Of a stretch of DNA of 64,000 bases, positions 37,265 through 50,511 are shown in pieces. Each line of letters opens with the position of its first letter. Positions within the stretch are counted from its first letter, which is position 1. A program made the position numbers and the translations under genes. Where the stretch lies: positions 7,006,001-7,070,000 of the forward strand of contig CM059453.1 in assembly GCA_030390025.1 (NCBI GenBank), written 5' to 3'. The notes below the pieces were generated by a model. The model did not search any database. It saw only the letters and a list, made by a program, of their open reading frames with translations, and had not been told where the DNA came from. The DNA comes from Squalus acanthias (lineage: Eukaryota).

Positions 37265-37859
37265 TTTAATCCATTTGGACTGTTGGAGCTCGTCAATATC
37301 TCAACACAACTGGTTCATCAGATAGAAAAGAACGTCACATTACAGGGATTGCTGAGAAAATGCGCATATTTCGCAGATTAATTGTTAACATTTTTCAATT
37401 CTGCTTGTTGCTTTTTAAATTTACAATCCCGCACATGTTTTCATTCAAACCACATGTCTGAAATGCTGTGGGCTTTAAAGGTCAGAGTAACTTTGAAACA
37501 GTTTTTGATGTGCTTTAATAGAATAGCAGTCTTCATGAGTAATATTAACAGTGTTTCCATTGCAGAGCACCCTCTGTTACATTCATAGACAACCCTGCTG
37601 GTCATCGATGAACCTCTCTATCGTCAGCTGGATTAGTTTGTCAGCCTCTGTCAGCCTAGTATAATAAACCTTCACATCGCAGTATCAGTTCCCAAGAGTT
37701 TCCTTTACAGCACCCGGACTTTTATCAACCTCTTGTCAATTCCAGAAGCGACATTCAGAATCAGGGTACAATGTAAGCAAAATCATTATAAAGAATGGAT
37801 CTGGGTATTTTGTCAAGTATTGCTGCTCGCATTAGATTCCGCTCGTTATCAAACTGTAA

Positions 37860-38230
37860 AGAACATAAGATCATAAGAAATAGGAGCAGGAGCAAATTAT
37901 TCGGCCCCTCGAGCCTGCTCCGCCATACAATAAAATCATGGTTGATCTGATCTTGGTCTCAACTCCACTTTCCTCTCCGCTCCCCGTAATCCTTGACTCC
38001 CGATAGGTCAACAATCGATCCATTTCCACCTTAAATATATTCAATGACTCCGCCTCCATAGCTCTCTGGGGAAGAGAATTTCAAGATTCACGACCTTCTA
38101 AGAGAAGAACTTCCTCCTCATCTCAGTTTTAAATGTGCGACCCCTTATTCTGAATCAATGCCCCCTAGTTCTAGATTACACCTAGAGGGGAAACACCCTC
38201 TCTGCATCTACACTGACAAGCCCCCTCAGA
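37860..38230 (-). mobile_element. CR1 3' end (truncated duplicate at 33285-33578)
   Basis: CR1 tail and ORF2 end; the duplication breakpoint lies within it. Confidence 0.8.
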
Positions 38231-39599
38231 AAATTGATTCTTGCTCAAAAATGGTGAGGCCAGTGTTAGAAGAGGATCACGATGTAACGCATAATTTGTC
38301 ATTGTTTCGTGTATCCGATGCTTTATTAAAAACTCATAAATCATTTACCTTGTTATCTGTTACTTGAGCTCAGTGGAGCTGAGAGTGGAACACTTTACAT
38401 TCATTCAAAAGAAGCATCCACCTTTCCCGGCCAGGCTCAGTGCAGTCAATGGAAGGAATAGGCTCCTGTTAAGGCTTCTCTCCAACAACTGCAAAACATC
38501 CCCTTTTACCTGTTTGTGGTGCTGACAATGTGAATATTTCTGGGGGATTCCATTTAATTAGTGACATTGCAAATGCACATCGTGAACACTTCCCTTCTTC
38601 AGTATCTCCACTGAAATCGCAAACGTTCCCTGGGTGTTATGATTGCAATATAAATAAACCTTACCATGAGGGTCACACTGTGACTAAAACACAGCCACCG
38701 GAGAAATATTCCGACAATCTGCTTCATCTGAGTCTCTACTTCAGGTCAAGAGAGGCCAAACGAAAAACTAAGATTATAAAATATGTTATAATAATAGGAC
38801 TCTGGTGATTTCTACCTCTTTATCAGTGGTGCAATATCAGCTCACTTTTCACTATTGTCTGTCAGGTCAGTGGTACTTAGCATATATATTAGATTATGTA
38901 TTTACTCTGTTGTAGATTAGAACAATAAGTCGGCTAGATTTCGGAGCATGGATATATGAGCGGATACCAAACCAGCATCCACAGCTCCCAGTGCGGGATA
39001 CAATGAGCAATCGTCATCTCCCCACCGTTATTAATTAGTCAACAATAATGTGAGATTCAATGGATGAGCCACTGGGCTTCAGGGATAATCAATATCTGCT
39101 CCCACTGTACGACACATTAGGTACATTACACATCGCCACAGGTAGTCCATTCAGACCACCCACTCTGAGATACAATGTGTGATCCAGGTGCCCTCAGGAA
39201 AGTTCCTTTGATAGTCCCATCTGCAATATTCAATGGGAAATCTACATGTGTCCATTGCCAATCCACTAACCACCGCCAATGTGAGATATATTGGGTGAGG
39301 TAAAACCTCATAGGAAAATCAACTTTAACAAAGTGCCTGGAAGTACAAAACGTCCTGAAGCACTTACAAAGTTTATAGCAAGAGAAGTACACACCAAGAC
39401 AGTGGAGAAAATTTAAGAGATTTAGAGAGAGAGTAAATTGAAGGCTAGGACAAGAAGATGGCGATGAAGAATGATAGAGACATAGAGAGGGGATGTGGAT
39501 ATAATGGGGTGTTCCACAAGGCCTAGGCAACAGTATGTCCTGGGAAACAATGGTGGGATGCATGGAATGGGGAAATGCACAGGACGCCACTGTTTTTTT

Positions 39600-40030
39600 A
39601 TTTTTTTCAAGAGATGTGGGCGTCGCTGACAAGGCCAGGACTGATTGCCCATCCCTAATTACCCTTGAGAAGGTGGTGCTGAGCCGCCTTCTTGAACTGC
39701 TGCAGTCCGTACTGTGAAGGCTCTCCCACAGTGCTGTTAGGGAGGGAGTTCCAGGATTTTGACTAAGCGACGATGAAGGAAAGGCGATATAATTCCAATC
39801 AGGATGGTGTGTGAATTGGAGGGGACCTTGGAGGTTGTGGTGTTCCATTGCGCCTGCTGCCCTTGTCCTTCTAGGTGGAAGGGGCCTCTGGTTTGGGAGG
39901 TGCTGCCAAAGAAGCCTTGGCGAGTTGCTGCAGTGCATCTTGTAGCTGGTACACACTGCAGCCACGATACGCCGGTGGTGGAGGGAGTGAATGTTTAAGG
40001 TGGTGGATGGGGTGACGATCAAACATGCAT
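39600..40030 (-). mobile_element. Second-family LINE 3' end
   Basis: IHSLHHRRIVAAVCT.YKMHCSNSPRLL. Confidence 0.75.
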
Positions 40031-42289
40031 AACACTGAAAGGTGCTGGAAAGTAAATTTGGAAAAAATTGCAGAGTATAAACGGAGAATTGCTGTGACAT
40101 GGAATGCACTGCCTGAAGCTGTGATAATAGGAAATGCAATAGTAACTTTCTAAAGTGAACTGGAGTTATACTTTAAAAGGAATAATTTGCAAGGTCATGG
40201 AGAAAGAACAGGCGCGTGGGACTAATTGCATAGCTCTTTCAAATAGCCGGCAAAAGCACGATGGGGTGAAGAATTACTTTCTGTATTGTATTATTCTATG
40301 ATTCTACCAATAAACAATAGAACAGGAATGTTGGAGAGACGGGTCAGTCGGGTTTCCTGAAACTCAGTGCAAAAATCAACAGTAACTTATTTGCCATCAC
40401 AGTCTAACAGATTGCAATGTTCCAATTCAATTTAAAAACCACGTTGATGTCCATACAATCACTCTGTGTTCCAAGCATCAAACAGAATGATTTGCATGAA
40501 ATGTCGCAACGAGTCACCTAATTAAAACGCCACACTTGACTATAATTCAACTTAATACACCCAGGCTCTGTGTGCCAGTCAGAGCAGAAGGCCTTAACAA
40601 GAGGAATGTAGCTAGCTTTAAAAATTGTTCCGGATGCGTTTAGCTTGGATAACAGAAGATTCATGGGCCTGGTCTCCAAAGTGATTGAAATGGCAGTTCG
40701 AGCGCTTCCTTCTATTGAGAGGATGTTTGGAAAACGACCAGATCACAGCACACGTCACATCTGTTGGACAATGGTGGAAAGTGCATTGCATCAGGAAGAA
40801 GACATTATCCGGCCACAGCTGCTTCGTTCTGCACACGCTGCAACAACTTTCGATAGTCTATGTTGGGGAGGGGGAGGTGGACTCGGAGTTTATCTTGGCA
40901 TGATACAGGATGTCTGCCTCAGTTGGACTCAAATGTGTCTGATGATATAGTGACAAATAGCCCATGTAATAACGGCGGTCGGCCACTGTGTGGCGCTGTT
41001 GGATTTAGACGCTTTTCTCAATCACACTGAGCACAAGGAACAAACATGACTTCAGGCTGCAGAAGGAATCAGAGAAATTGCAATAAATAGCAATTCAAAA
41101 TGCAATTGCAGATATTCCAGCACTGTGAAAATCCAAGGAACAATTCTGCAATTAGTATTTCTCTATCCCAGCTAACCTGGGCCAGGCACTTAAAGATCAG
41201 TCAGTGCTCCCGCTCTGGTCTAAAACCCCACAGACACTCTTTGTTAGACTTACAAGTTAAAAATGGGCAATTTTTTGAGGTACTGGCGGGAATGTATTTT
41301 AATAACAGGCAAGCATTTCAGAACAGGGGCAAAATTGCAACATGGGAGAAGCGTGGAAAAATACAGGGGCATAATTTTTAATTCATTCTTGGGATGTGGG
41401 CGTCGCTGGCATGGCCTCGTTTATTGCTGATTCCTAGTTGCCCTTGAGAAGGTGGTGGTGGGCCTTCTTCTTCAACCGCTGCAGTCCGTGTGTCGAAGCT
41501 GTTCCCACAGTGCTGTTAGGGAGGGAGTTCCAGGATTTTGACCCAGCGATGTTGATGAGGTGGTCATATATTTCCAAGTCAGGGTGGGTTGTGATTGGAG
41601 GGGAAATTGGAGGTGATGGAGTTCCCATGCACCTATTGTCCTGAAATGGAGGCAGTGACATCTTCCTTGTATCTTACTTTCTGATTGTAGGGATAAATGC
41701 ACAATCCCATTCTCCAAGCAGTGGGCCGAACATGCAGCGATGGTTGTTCAAAGAATCGCGCACAGTGCTGCAGCCTTTCTCCGACCCGTGCTTCCTGTAA
41801 TTCACTGTCAACTCTGAGCTCTCACTTTGCAGTACAGTTTAAACACTGAGCTGCAAACACAACAGGTCCTTTCAAGATGCAGCATAGAGTATAAGACGGA
41901 TGGTGCCTGACCACAGATAAACTCATTCTGGTTCGATTGTCCAGAATGATTCACAGCCAAGAACGTCACAGATAGCAGCGGACTGACGGCTGTTGTGACC
42001 ACATACAGGGGCTCTAAATAGAACCCAGCACTTCACACCTCCGCTTTGGTGCTATACTGGCACACGGTGTAAATAAACCCACCTCGGTGCAGCCACACTG
42101 AATAAGGCACAGAGCAAGCACCATAGCAACATTCTGTGTTAAACCCAAACTGTGCCCCGAAGTTGACCACACCTCACATCACCTGACATTCTCAAAGTAA
42201 ACTGGGCCTTGTGTGGAGCATAATTGAGCAGAGTGCATTGCACAAACCTTCATTCTGGGATTGACCAGGCATACGGCATCACTTGTTGT

Positions 42290-42930
42290 TTATACAAAAC
42301 TGGGCCTTGGAGATGAACACATCTCCCTAAATGAATCCCTGAAACCCAACTGGGCCCTGGATCTGTTAAGACATTTCTAATCTAGACAGTCAAACCAAGC
42401 AGACGCCTGGATTGAACACACATTAAAAAAAAATAGTCAAGAAAGAAACAAAAGATATCAAAGAAAAAACAATTTCAGTCCTCAATCTGAACACACATCC
42501 CTAAATGTGTCCAGAAAACCCAACTGGTCTCTCGGCCTGAACATATATTTTTATACTGGTCACTAAAGCCAAGCTGTGACCTGGGTCTGAAAACACATCC
42601 CTGAACTAGTCAGTAAAGCCAAGCTGAGACCTGGGTCTGAACATACATATTTAAACTAGTCAGTAAAGCCAAGCTGAGACCTGGGTATGAACACACACCC
42701 CTAAACTAGTCAGTCAAACCAAACTGGGCCCGCAAACTGGATAGAAAAACAAACAAACTGTGCACTGGATCTGAACCCAAGCCCACCAACACACAGACAA
42801 TGCAACGGGTGTCCCCACTTATGATTTTATCATCTTATTTGTTTTACAAGAAAAACTGGGCCCTGGAACTGAACTCACATCCCTAAAATAGCCTGTAAGT
42901 CCAAAGTGTGACATGGTTCTGAGCACGCAT
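42290..42930. repeat. Degenerate 50-bp minisatellite
   Basis: AAGCTGAGACCTGGGTCTGAACACACATCCCTAAACTAGTCAGTAAAGCC at 42571, 42621, 42671 (next unit start 42721), with decayed flanking units. Confidence 0.8.
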
Positions 42931-44379
42931 TCCCTGTCTCCCTCTTTCTCTGTCATATTCTCGCTCACAGGCTTTCTCTCTCTCACTCTTTATTCGGTAG
43001 AAAACCTAATAGGTAGCATGAAAATTTGATCTTAAGAAGCTGAGATTCTTGATGTAAATAGTGGCCTAATATTTATGTTATTAAATAGAGTGCAAGAACT
43101 CTATTTAATAGTTACAGCAACAGGTGGTACTAGGAAGTTACCAGGTGCAGCAAATACTGTGAGAGTAATTATGTGGTGTAGAATTTGACATTGTCAGTGT
43201 CATAAAGAAATTAAGGGAACTGCTTAACTCAACAACAGGGTCGTGCTTAAGAAAACCAGCAAAAAGCACATAGCATACCTTCAAGGAGATAATAAAGATA
43301 AATACATAACAAGAAATAGAAAATGCAAACTAATAATACAGTGTGAATGAAATCATTGCAATGTGGAATATCTTAGGTGTTGTTGGATGTAGGTTTGGGC
43401 GGAGAGGTGGGGGTGGAAATTATTCCCGAGACAGCAGAAAAATAAGCAATTTGCTCAGGAAACTGTAACGGATTTCAGATTTAGAACTGTGCAAATGGAA
43501 AAGAGTGAGTTGTTCAAACTGCACGAGGCTCATCCGAGGTGCTTTACTGAGATCTATAAGGTAATGTAGCGATTGATCACTGACCCCTTCATGGTAGCAG
43601 TGATACGGTCCTCTTATCTTCCAACTAATCTGAACTGATTCTGCTTCTTAATCAGGTGCGAAATGGGCCCAGTTTGAAGCTGGACTGTGTTCGAATGAGA
43701 TGCCCGTTTGGATCCAGGATTTGATCCCACTGATCAATTTGCAGGGTTTTTTCCTGTAGATATAAATATCCACATTGTTTCCAGCAGCATTGACCCTCCA
43801 ATCTAAATGCTCACGTCACACCTCACAGTTCTAGCACTAAAATCAGAATCTTCATAAACCCGTCATTGTAGCAACTCGGATCTCAATGAGTTAATTTCAG
43901 CAGATTTCATCTCGCTGCAGTGTCAGTATAAACAGCTGAAGTCACTTCTATAAATGGCACTTTACCCACTGGAAACTTTTTACTGATACACTTCTTTGTA
44001 TCTTTTGGCATTTCAGATACGTGTTGTGTCCCCGAACTACTGAAGGTGAGCAACCCACACGTCTGTAGACAACGGCTACAGGAATAACCACAGCTTCACA
44101 CTTCAAACACTCACAGTGCAAGGGCTGATAAATAGCTCAGTGTGTGGGAGTTGTGAGTCGGGGCTTCTAAAGCTGGTGGAGAGGCGATTTTAGATTTTGC
44201 AATCTAAAGTGTCACCGCCTGTCCTGTAACTGTACAGATGATGAGGGGTTCATCTCTGCTCAGGGTTAATCAGCAGTAACCGGGCCTCATCATATCGTGT
44301 AACTGAGGGCCAATCACTGATGCACACTGTCATATTCGAAGTGGCCCCAGATTTCCAGCAGTTTTGATCATCAACATTT

Positions 44380-44576
44380 GAGGAGTGGCGAAAGCTGTGT
44401 GAGCTACCGTGGCTCTCAATGATTGGTGGGTGGCGAACAGCTGACGCCCTAATACTCTGATTCGATTCGCTATGGACTCCAGTCTATTACCGGCGAATGG
44501 AATCTAGAAACTTGATTAATTATATCTGAGATAAAAACAATTTCTGCCATTTTGACATCGTCAACCGCCTCCAGTC
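44380..44576 (+). promoter_or_regulatory. Proximal promoter/5' region of gene B
   Basis: Immediately upstream of the leader ATG; inverted CCAAT box (ATTGG 44422-44426); homologous to 63870-64000. Confidence 0.45.
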
Positions 44577-44619
44577 ATGAAGAGTATTACATTGATCTCC
44601 ATTCTGATATTTAGCGAAG
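44577..44619 (+). CDS. Gene B leader exon
   Basis: gtcATG...GAAG|GTAAAA: MKSITLISILIFSE, phase 1, continuing into VVHS of the next exon (signal peptide). Confidence 0.8.
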
Positions 44620-45013
44620 GTAAAATATTCATTTTAATAATTAATGTCAGAAGCGATTTCCATTCTGTGGCAAATTAATACGTTTATTGTTTGTGGAGAT
44701 AGTACATGTTTAGTTGATAATGTGCAAATTCCCGATTTGCGCATTTAATGTATATTTCATTCGAAAAATTATCTTATATTTTATAAGATTGATTTAATAT
44801 TTACTCTCTGATTTATCGACTTTCAATGGAATACTTAATGGAATATGAAGAGTTTTAATGAAACTTTCTCGAGTTTTAATGGATGTATTATTGAATATGT
44901 TAGTGGATGTTTAAAGATTAAATGAATAGTATTCAACTTGACGGTCAGGGTATGTTTTAATTGCGATATTATTGCGGATTTCAATGGGTGTTTAATTTCT
45001 GTTTTTTCACCAG

Positions 45014-45394
45014 TTGTCCATAGTTCACGATGGTCTGTGAAGGTGCCGTGGAAGGTGTCGGCGGTGAGCGGATCATGTGCTGAGATCCCGTGTACATTTG
45101 ATTATCCCGCCTCTGGCCGCAATCCAGGGTGTATGTGGTTAAAGGGGGGTCCTAAACCTGGTACCTCAGGGGTCTCGATTGTCTATGATTCCAGTGATGC
45201 AAACAATAAAGACTATAACGATAGAGGACGAATTGAATTCACCGGCGATTTTCTAAAGAAACAATGTTCCTTACAGATTAATGTCACCAGGAAGAGCGAT
45301 GCAGGTGACTATTACTTCAGAGTGAAGATCACCACCGCCTGGAATATAACAGATCAATACGTTTCCAAATCTCCTGTCTCTCTTTCTATTTTAG
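45014..45394 (+). CDS. Gene B Siglec V-set exon
   Basis: ttttttcaccag|TTGTCC...TTAG|GTAAGT, 381 nt: WSVKVPWKVSAVSGSCAEIPCTFDYP...KQCSLQINVTRKSDAGDYYFRV. Siglec B-E strand cysteines, no F-strand Cys, essential Arg at 45319-45321. Confidence 0.93.
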
Positions 45395-46199
45395 GTAAGT
45401 GTTTTTATTTGCTCCTGTTGTATTTTATATTCCATCTCCTCAGTGCCATTGAACTTACGACTAACATACCAATATCCCGAGTAATTGTTGGCCCATGTCA
45501 CATGATACAGCGGCAGGACTGCTCCGCTGACTCTCACCCAGGTGTGTGTTATGTTTTGACTTGAACTGTAATAGGGCGCAGGCCTTCTTAATAACTTACA
45601 GAAGCTCCCTGGCAAGGCAAGAAGAATACTTTATCATACGAATATATTAAACTGCAGGTGGAGGAAATATACAGGTAGATGTGAAATTCTATGCAAAGGA
45701 AGCAGGTGGACCATTTCTGTAAATAGACTGCTTGATGTGGTGCCGAAGCGTTACGCCAACAGTGTCCCAGATTCTATCCCATGTCTGTGCTTGGGATAGA
45801 ATCAAGGACACGCTTAGTCTAATGACTCAGTGTCAGATCAAACAATTAATTTACCCAAAGCGGCATGGGCGGGTTGAATTGCTGCTGATATTTGAAAGGT
45901 TAATTTTGCGTTGTGAGCAATGCAGTGAGTGAGTGGACAATAAATCACCTGACAATAATGTGAATAATTCACGTGATAAAGCGACTGACTATTAATTGAA
46001 CGAATACATAAAAGCTCCGATTGATTCTTTAACTATAAGAACTTTTGGCATATTTCGATGCACCATAGCGCGGGAGGAAAACAGTAGAATTAATTCTTAA
46101 GGGGATATTTTCTCAGACTTTGGGCTGAATCACCTTGCACACCATTGGCTATTTTAAAATTGAAATCTACTGTAACGCGAATGTCCTTCTCTCCTTATT

Positions 46200-46511
46200 A
46201 TAAACCACGGATATCAGTCTCTGGGGAATTGATTGCTGGAAAACCAGTACACCTGACCTGCTCAGTCACCCACAGTTGCCCGTCCACCAACCTTGAACTG
46301 ATGTGGACTCATGACTAAGTTGTCCCTCCTTTTCTGCCAGAGAGTAAAACTTCAAAAGGAAATGGCGACAATGTCGAGGGTTCCCAGAAGGTTTCATCCA
46401 CTTTTAACTTCAGCCCATCACCGGACCATCATGGGAAGAAACTGGGATGTAAACCTATAGCCGACGGTGTCACAGCTACCGTTCAACCAACTCTTGCACC
46501 GGATGTTAAAT
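46200..46511 (+). pseudogene. Gene B C2a exon, inactivated
   Basis: Acceptor ttacag replaced by ttatt; TAA at 46316-46318; donor T|GTAAGT still present. Confidence 0.85.
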
Positions 46512-46799
46512 GTAAGTGCCTGCTCTAAGCTTCATTCAACCAAATTGTGGATAAACCGGTTCAATAGATGTCTTTATATTGAATATAGTGATAGCGCGCC
46601 TGGATAAACAAGTAATCGAAGCTTCATGGAAGGCACATTATTTGACATTTACCCCAGACCCATGGAGTAATATTGGTCGCTCCAGGGTTTATCTGAAATT
46701 TTATTGCAAAGGCTCCCAATGTTTGATGTCGTTTCAGCCACAGAGTAACTCAAACATACAGGCAAGGGAGAGTCCATTCATGGTCTGAGCTAACTCACA

Positions 46800-47470
46800 T
46801 ACATACATAGGACATACGGCACAGAAACAGATCATTGGGCCCAACCAGTCCATGCTGGCGTTTATGCTCCACTCGAGCCTCCTCCCATCTTTCCTCATCA
46901 AAATCTATCAGCGTAACCCTCTATTCCCTTCTCCCTCATATGCTTATCCAGCCTCCCCTTAAATGCATCTTTACTATTCGCTTGAACCACTCCCTGTGGT
47001 AGCGAGTTCCACATTCTCGCCACACTCTGGGTAAAGAGGTTTCTTCTGAATTCCCAATTGGATCTCTTGCTGACCATCTTATATTGATAACCTCCAGTTA
47101 TGCTCTTCCCCACAAGTGGGAACATTCTCTCTGCATCGACTCTATCAAAGCCTGCCACAATTTTAAAGCCCACTATTTGGTCACCATTCAGCCTTCTTTT
47201 TTCAAGAGAAAAGAGACCCAGCCTGTTCATACTTTCCTGATATGTATACCCTCGCATTTCTGGTATCATCCTTGTAAATCTCTGCACCCTCTCCAGTGCC
47301 TCTATATTCTTTTTATAATATGGTGACCAGAACTGTACGCAGTACTCCAAGTGTGGCCTAACCAATGTTCGATACAGGTTTAGCATAACTTCCCTACCTT
47401 TCAATTCTATCCCACTCGAAATAAACTCTAGTGCTTGTTTTTTTTTATGGCCTTGCTAACCTGTGGCACA
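46800..47470 (-). mobile_element. CR1 3' end
   Basis: ORF 46898..47404 LYRTLVRPHLEYCVQFWSP...MWNSLP. Confidence 0.9.
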
Positions 47471-47814
47471 ATTTAGCTGGGGCGGTAGTCTGGATTCTAT
47501 AATTGGCCTCAGCAGCCCTGTGTAAGACATGGGAAAGTGCACCGTACTTAATCTGGTAGGAATTGCCACTAGGTTGATGTACCGGTGGAATAGAACGTTA
47601 TGCGGGCAAACATATAACTCTTCAAATCGCTGAAGAGAAGAGGAGAAGGAATGCGTATGTTTGACATAAGCGTAAGATCGAGGGCATAAAAATCATGAAA
47701 TAGATTTTGAATTTATAGATTGCAAGATAGCCATCATATCTTACTTCAATATTCTTCTTTAGTTATCACATATATTGTTTTATATTCCTCATCCGCACTG
47801 ATAACTACATTTCA

Positions 47815-49045
47815 TAACATAAGAATATAAAAAGTAGGAGCAGGGGTAGGCCATACGGCCCCTCGAGCCTGCTCCGACATTCAATAAAATCTTGGCTGAT
47901 CATCGACATCAACTCCACTTTCCCACCTGATCTCCATATCCCTTGATTCACCTCAGCCTTGAAACTCAGCATTCACAGCACTCTGGAGCAGAGAATTCCA
48001 AAGATTCACAGCACTCTGAGTGAAGAATTCCTGCTCATCTTCAACTTATATGGCCTACCCCTTATCCTGAGACTATGCCCCCTAATTCTAAGCAATCCAG
48101 CCAGGGGGAACAAACTCTCAGCATCAACCCTGTCAATCCCCTTCAGATCTTGCATGTTTCAATGAGATCACCTCTCATTCTTCTAAACGCCAGAGAGAAT
48201 AGGCCTATTCTACAGAACCTATCATCATAGGGCAGACCTGTCATCCCAGGAATCAATCTAGTGAACCTTCGTTGCACCGCCTCCAAGGCAAGTATATCCT
48301 TCCTTATTTTAGGAGACCAAAACTGTGCACAGTACTCCAGGTGTGGTCTCACCAAGGCCCTGTACAATTGTAGCAAGACTTCTTTATTCTTATACTCCAA
48401 TGCCCTTGCAATAAAGTACAACATGCCATTTGCCTTCATTATTGTTTGCTGTACCTGCATGCTAGCTTTCTGTGTTTCTTGCACGAGTCCACCAAAATCT
48501 CTCTGAAGACCAGCATTTGAAATTTTTTCTCCACTTAAAAAATATTCTGCTTTTATATTCTTCCTACCAAAGGGAATAACCTCACATTTCCCGACATTAT
48601 ACTCCATCTGCCACATTACTGCCCACTCACTTAGTCTATCTATATCTCTTTGCAGACCCTTTGAGTTCTCCTCACAGCTTACTGTCCCAACTAGCTTTGT
48701 ATCATCAGCAAACTTGGATACATTACACTCGGACCTTTCCTCTTGGTCATTAATATAGATTGTAAATAGCTGAGGCCCCAACACTGATCCTTGTGGCACC
48801 ACACTAGTTACAGCCTGCCAACCTGAAAAAGATCCGTTTATCCCTACTCTCTGTTTTCCGTTCGTTTACCACTCCTCTAGCCATGCTATTATATTACCCC
48901 CAATCCCGTGAGCCCTAATCTTGTGTAATAACCTTTTATGTGGCACCTTATCGAATGCCTTTTGGAAATCCAAATATACTAAATCCACTGCTTCCCCTTA
49001 TCTATCCTGCTAGTTACATCCTCAAAAAACTCGAATAAATTTGTC
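47815..49045 (-). mobile_element. CR1 RT and 3' end, inserted ~30 nt upstream of the C2b acceptor of gene B
   Basis: ORF 48143..48802 VPQGSVLGP, KFADDTKL; absent from gene C. Confidence 0.9.
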
Positions 49046-49075
49046 ATTCAGAACCAATGACCTCATCTCTTGCAG

Positions 49076-49333
49076 ATGCCCCACAAAAACCGTTCATCAA
49101 TTCCTCTATAGCGGCAGTGGAAGGGAGTTTGTTATGGTTATACTGCACGGCCCGGGGGATCATAGCGGGCAACTTAACGTTGGTCCGAAATGGTGAAGAG
49201 ATCATTAGGACTTCCACAGGTGAACTGAAGCACATATTCCATAACATTAGTTCTGAAGATAACGGTGAATATTGGTGCGTGGCTGACAATAACTTGGGCA
49301 AAGCGAACAGCTCCACACAGATTTCTGTACAAT
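49076..49333 (+). CDS. Gene B C2b exon
   Basis: ttgcag|ATGCC...CAAT|GTAAGT, 258 nt: APQKPFINSSIAAVEGSLLWLYCTARG...GEYWCVADNNLGKANSSTQISVQ. Confidence 0.9.
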
Positions 49334-49794
49334 GTAAGTGCTGTGTCAACCTATCAAATGTATATTGGGACATTAATCCGTCTTACAGTAATTAGGCATC
49401 GGTGTTGTTTTCCCCCTGTGTTCAAATAACTGTCTCAAAATCCGTCAGTTAGATTGTCAGAATAGTCAGTAAAAGAAGGAGAGTTGAACCCAATTCTTGG
49501 AGTAAACGACACTGTTAAAAAAAACAACTGGAGACCCCAATACACAACACAAGTTGAATGTATCTCTGATTGGCTAAAACCAACTGAATGATTAATTGGG
49601 AAGATTTTCTGCTCGGCGGACTGAACCCAGTGGCCAGGATGTATCGGAACATTTTAGTCCATCACAAAGGTAGAAATTTGTAACGTTAACTAAAGACAAA
49701 AACTGAGCAGAAGTTATTGAGCTGTTTACCTGAAATGGCATGTTGAAGGAGTTAGTCGGGTTTATTTCTAAGATTGTAAATCGGGAGGCCTCAC

Positions 49795-50260
49795 AACATA
49801 GGAACATAAGAATTAGCATCAGCAGTTGGCAATTCGGCTCCACGAGCCTGCTCCGCCATTCAATAAGATCATGGCTGATTTTCGAAATCAACTCCACTTT
49901 CCTGCACTATCCCCATATCGCCAGATTACCCTCGAGTCCAAAAATCTAAGAGGTCTCACCTTTAAAATACTCAACGATTCAGCATCCACAGCCATCTGGG
50001 GTAGAGAATGCCAAAAATTCACAATCCTCTGAATGAAGAAGTTCCTCCTCATCTCAGTCTTAAATGGCTTCCACTTATCCTGAGATGTGCCCCCTGGTTC
50101 TGGACTCTCCAGCCAGGGGAAGCACACTCTCAGCATCTAACCTGTCAATCCCCCTCAGAATAACTTGTTTCAATGCGATCACCTCACATTCTTCTAATAC
50201 TCCAGCTCGTATAGGCTCATTCTACTCAATCTCTCCTCAAAGGACAACCGTCTCATCCCA
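49795..50260 (-). mobile_element. CR1 3' end
   Basis: FKTEMRRNFFIQRIVNFW. Confidence 0.8.
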
Positions 50261-50511
50261 CATGTTGTTCCAGGAAACATAGCGATCAATTGACTGCTTG
50301 ACGCAATGTTAAACCTGATTTATTGCCTTGCCAGAGACTAGGGGAAAAGAAAGTCTGATGAAGCCTTAAATTAATGTAACATTGAATGGTTCTGATCGAG
50401 CTCATTATGTGCAGTGACCTCTCTTCTTAATCTAAACGCCGAAATTGGTTCTATTTAGAAACTGCAAACTGCTTGATGGAAACTATCTCAATTTGACTTC
50501 ACTTTTTTTAG

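Larger units (their letters stand above)
29004..38153. repeat. Direct tandem duplication, unit 4575 bp (29004-33578 / 33579-38153)
   Basis: ORF track repeats at a constant offset of 4575; only scattered substitutions; 2-bp 'AT' microhomology at the junction. Confidence 0.95.

Noticed and set aside
39126-40139. Longest ORF (337 aa, minus)
   Set aside because: Chance read-through across a LINE 3' fragment and flanking DNA; only a short stretch is LINE-derived peptide.
44938-45013. ORF-track start of the V-set ORF
   Set aside because: Intronic; the exon begins after the AG at 45012-45013 and the leader is at 44577.
45014-45394. Ig/TCR/IgNAR variable segment
   Set aside because: No F-strand Cys (YYFR instead of YYC), no recombination signal sequence, and the exon ends in a splice donor; the pattern is Siglec-type.
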